In this document: positions 13,860 to 14,893 of the stretch, piece by piece
Layout: every line of letters starts with the position of its first letter
How positions within the stretch are numbered: the stretch's first letter is position 1
Origin: Allobaculum fili
GTDB taxonomy: Bacteria > Bacillota_I > Bacilli_A > Erysipelotrichales > Erysipelotrichaceae
Assembly (NCBI RefSeq): GCF_020969955.1
Contig: NZ_JAHDSX010000052.1
Span: forward strand, 1-14,893
Direction: 5' to 3'
Length of the DNA: 14,893 bases
Position numbers and translations under genes: made by a program
Notes under the pieces: model-generated
Seen by the model: the letters and a program-made list of their open reading frames with translations, nothing else
What the model was told of the DNA's origin: nothing
Databases searched by the model: none

Positions 13860-14676
13860 CGAAGACGCGCTGGGCATCTCTTCGTCAGTCTGGCTGATTG
13901 CGGACGGAGCGAGCGCGCTCAAGGGCGGCAATCGCATGCAGACGGGATCGGACGCGGCGTGGCTGGCGCGGTCCATTGCCCGATCCGCGAAACGCTTTGA
14001 AAATCTGGACGCGTCCATCGAATCGATTCTCAAAATCATTCTAAATGAGCTTTCCGCAGCGTTTGGAGAGTGCCCCGAAGACGAAATGCCTTCCTGTACC
14101 GTAAGCATCGTGCGCGCCAGTAAGCGTACCCAGGCCTTTGAATATTTCATTCTGGGCGACAGTCCGCTGCTGTTTGCCTTAAAGGATCGTCCGCTTCGTC
14201 TGGTCGACGAGCGTGTCGGTTTCTTTGACAATAAGGTTCTGGAAGCGATGGCCCGAATCCGTCAAAACGACGATCTTTCCTTAAAAGCGCTTCGGGCGCT
14301 TCCCGAAATTCAGTCCATGCTCATCGCCAACCGCGCCCGCAAAAACAATCCAGAAGGCGGCTATCCGATTGTCGATCTGAACGCCAGCTGGTTTGCCCCG
14401 CTGACGGGTTCCATTCCCTTTGACGAAGTAAACGGATTTGCGCTGTACAGCGACGGCTTCGATCAGCTGCAGGGTTTTCTTCACGAAAGCGATGACGATT
14501 TTGTTATAAGGCTGCAAAACGATCCCGCAGGCGCCATGGATCTTCTCTGGTCGCTGCAGGAAGAAGATCCCGATGCCAGAGCGCTTCTGCGCCTGAAAAA
14601 GCGGGACGATACGTCTCTTATGGCGGTCGATGCAAAAGAGGCTCTCAAAAACCTGCAGTCCGATCTCGCAAAATGA
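13825..14676 (+). CDS. PP2C_2-family (PPM-type) serine/threonine phosphatase-like protein
   Basis: 283 aa, GTG start with GGAG 7 nt upstream. This is the first start codon after the in-frame TGA at 13795, and it must precede the N-terminal NEDA motif. Motifs in PP2C_2 order: NEDA, LIADGAS, ILGDSPL, LYSDGF, KRDDTSLMAV. It overlaps the upstream CDS by 35 nt in the +1 frame. Confidence 0.8.
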   Translation: MFFESRTEKPVNEDALGISSSVWLIADGASALKGGNRMQTGSDAAWLARSIARSAKRFENLDASIESILKIILNELSAAFGECPEDEMPSCTVSIVRASKRTQAFEYFILGDSPLLFALKDRPLRLVDERVGFFDNKVLEAMARIRQNDDLSLKALRALPEIQSMLIANRARKNNPEGGYPIVDLNASWFAPLTGSIPFDEVNGFALYSDGFDQLQGFLHESDDDFVIRLQNDPAGAMDLLWSLQEEDPDARALLRLKKRDDTSLMAVDAKEALKNLQSDLAK

Positions 14677-14693
14677 AACGATAATACTGAAGA

Positions 14694-14718
14694 GGGTGCC
14701 TTTTACGGCCCCTTTTTT
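14694..14718 (+). terminator. Rho-independent terminator after the PP2C-like gene
   Basis: GGGTGCC (14694-14700), loop TTTTAC, GGCCCCT with one internal mismatch, followed by TTTTTT (14713-14718), 18 nt after the stop. Confidence 0.6.
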
Positions 14719-14814
14719 CATACACTTTTTCGTCGCTGCTTTTTAACATCGATTTTGCCGGCGGCTTTTGTAAGTGTCAAACAATCGACGGGTATACGCG
14801 AGACTGAATATTAG

Positions 14815-14861
14815 ATACGCTAAACGGGATCCCTTTCGAGATCCCGCTTGGCGTATTTTTT
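14815..14861 (+). terminator. Mirror copy of the repeat-arm hairpin plus T-tract, oriented to stop plus-strand transcripts leaving the block
   Basis: ATACGC TAAA CGGGATC, loop CCTTTCGA, GATCCCG CTTG GCGTAT, followed by TTTTT (14857-14861). In this copy the inner 7-bp stem is perfect. Confidence 0.45.
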
Positions 14862-14893
14862 ATTCTTCATCGTTTTCTTCATACTTCGGATCC
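14860..14893 (-). CDS. 3' end of a minus-strand CDS entering from the right edge, identical to the tail of the left-edge CDS
   Basis: The reverse complement reads ..DPKYEENDEE* with TAA at 14862-14860, nucleotide-identical to 78-111. Confidence 0.5.
   Translation of the reverse strand, partial: DPKYEENDEE

Larger units (their letters stand above)
14770..14893. repeat. Right arm of the long inverted repeat (partner 78-201), truncated by the window end
   Basis: Its reverse complement equals 78-201 apart from one position (14843 vs 128). Coordinates map as left p to right 14971-p. Confidence 0.95.
14770..14893 (-). mobile_element. Possible end of a second, inverted copy of the same IS-like element
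   Basis: Same evidence as for 1-201. On the plus strand the terminus reads GTAAGTGTCAAACAATCGACGG starting at 14770. Confidence 0.35.

Noticed and set aside
12918-14231. Minus-strand ORFs 12918-13634 (238 aa) and 13638-14231 (197 aa), antisense to the HAD-like and PP2C-like genes
   Set aside because: These are shadow ORFs. The sense-strand products align by eye to known folds in the correct motif order, and the antisense products have none.
1-14893. CRISPR arrays, tRNA/rRNA genes, toxin-antitoxin or recognised defence-system genes
   Set aside because: - There are no regularly spaced direct repeats.
- No cloverleaf-like GTTCGAATC / T-loop contexts are convincing.
- No rRNA-like segments are present.
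- None of the eight proteins shows nuclease, ATPase, methyltransferase or other defence signatures that I can recognise.

Overview
The 14.9-kb window holds eight complete CDSs and two truncated CDSs at the edges. All domain, family and RNA calls come from motif recognition by eye; no searches or folding programs were run.

From left to right:
- (i) The 3' tail of an unidentified CDS (1-111, +).
- (ii) A minus-strand polar-amino-acid ABC importer operon: lipoprotein SBP 1808-2638, permease 1056-1802, ATPase 307-1059. It is preceded by a near-consensus sigma-A-type promoter, a leader that looks like an L-box (lysine) riboswitch, and an intrinsic attenuator.
- (iii) A 2001-aa secreted multidomain glycoside hydrolase (3382-9387, +). 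It joins a GH30-type and a GH43-type catalytic module with LamG, Ig-like, CBM-like, FIVAR and Flg_new modules.
- (iv) A secreted GH25 muramidase with three C-terminal YNPN-type repeats (9701-11335, -).
- (v) A zinc-ribbon / 2x GYF_2 / DUF4234 membrane protein (11688-12701, -).
- (vi) A Cof-type HAD-fold protein whose catalytic motifs are degenerate (12993-13859, +).
- (vii) A PP2C_2-type phosphatase (13825-14676, +) that overlaps (vi) by 35 nt.

The strongest structural signal is an inverted repeat. Bases 78-201 are the reverse complement of 14770-14893 (123/124 identical), and the right arm is cut off by the window edge. The whole ~14.6-kb block is therefore bracketed by inverted copies of a gene tail, a hairpin and about 45 bp ending in GTAAG. 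This fits two inverted IS copies (IS66-like is my tentative guess), which would make the block a composite-transposon-like or invertible segment. An assembly artefact is not excluded.

I saw no tRNA, rRNA or CRISPR array. The strong AAGGAG Shine-Dalgarno sites and the domain repertoire suggest a Firmicutes/Clostridia-like host; this is inference only.
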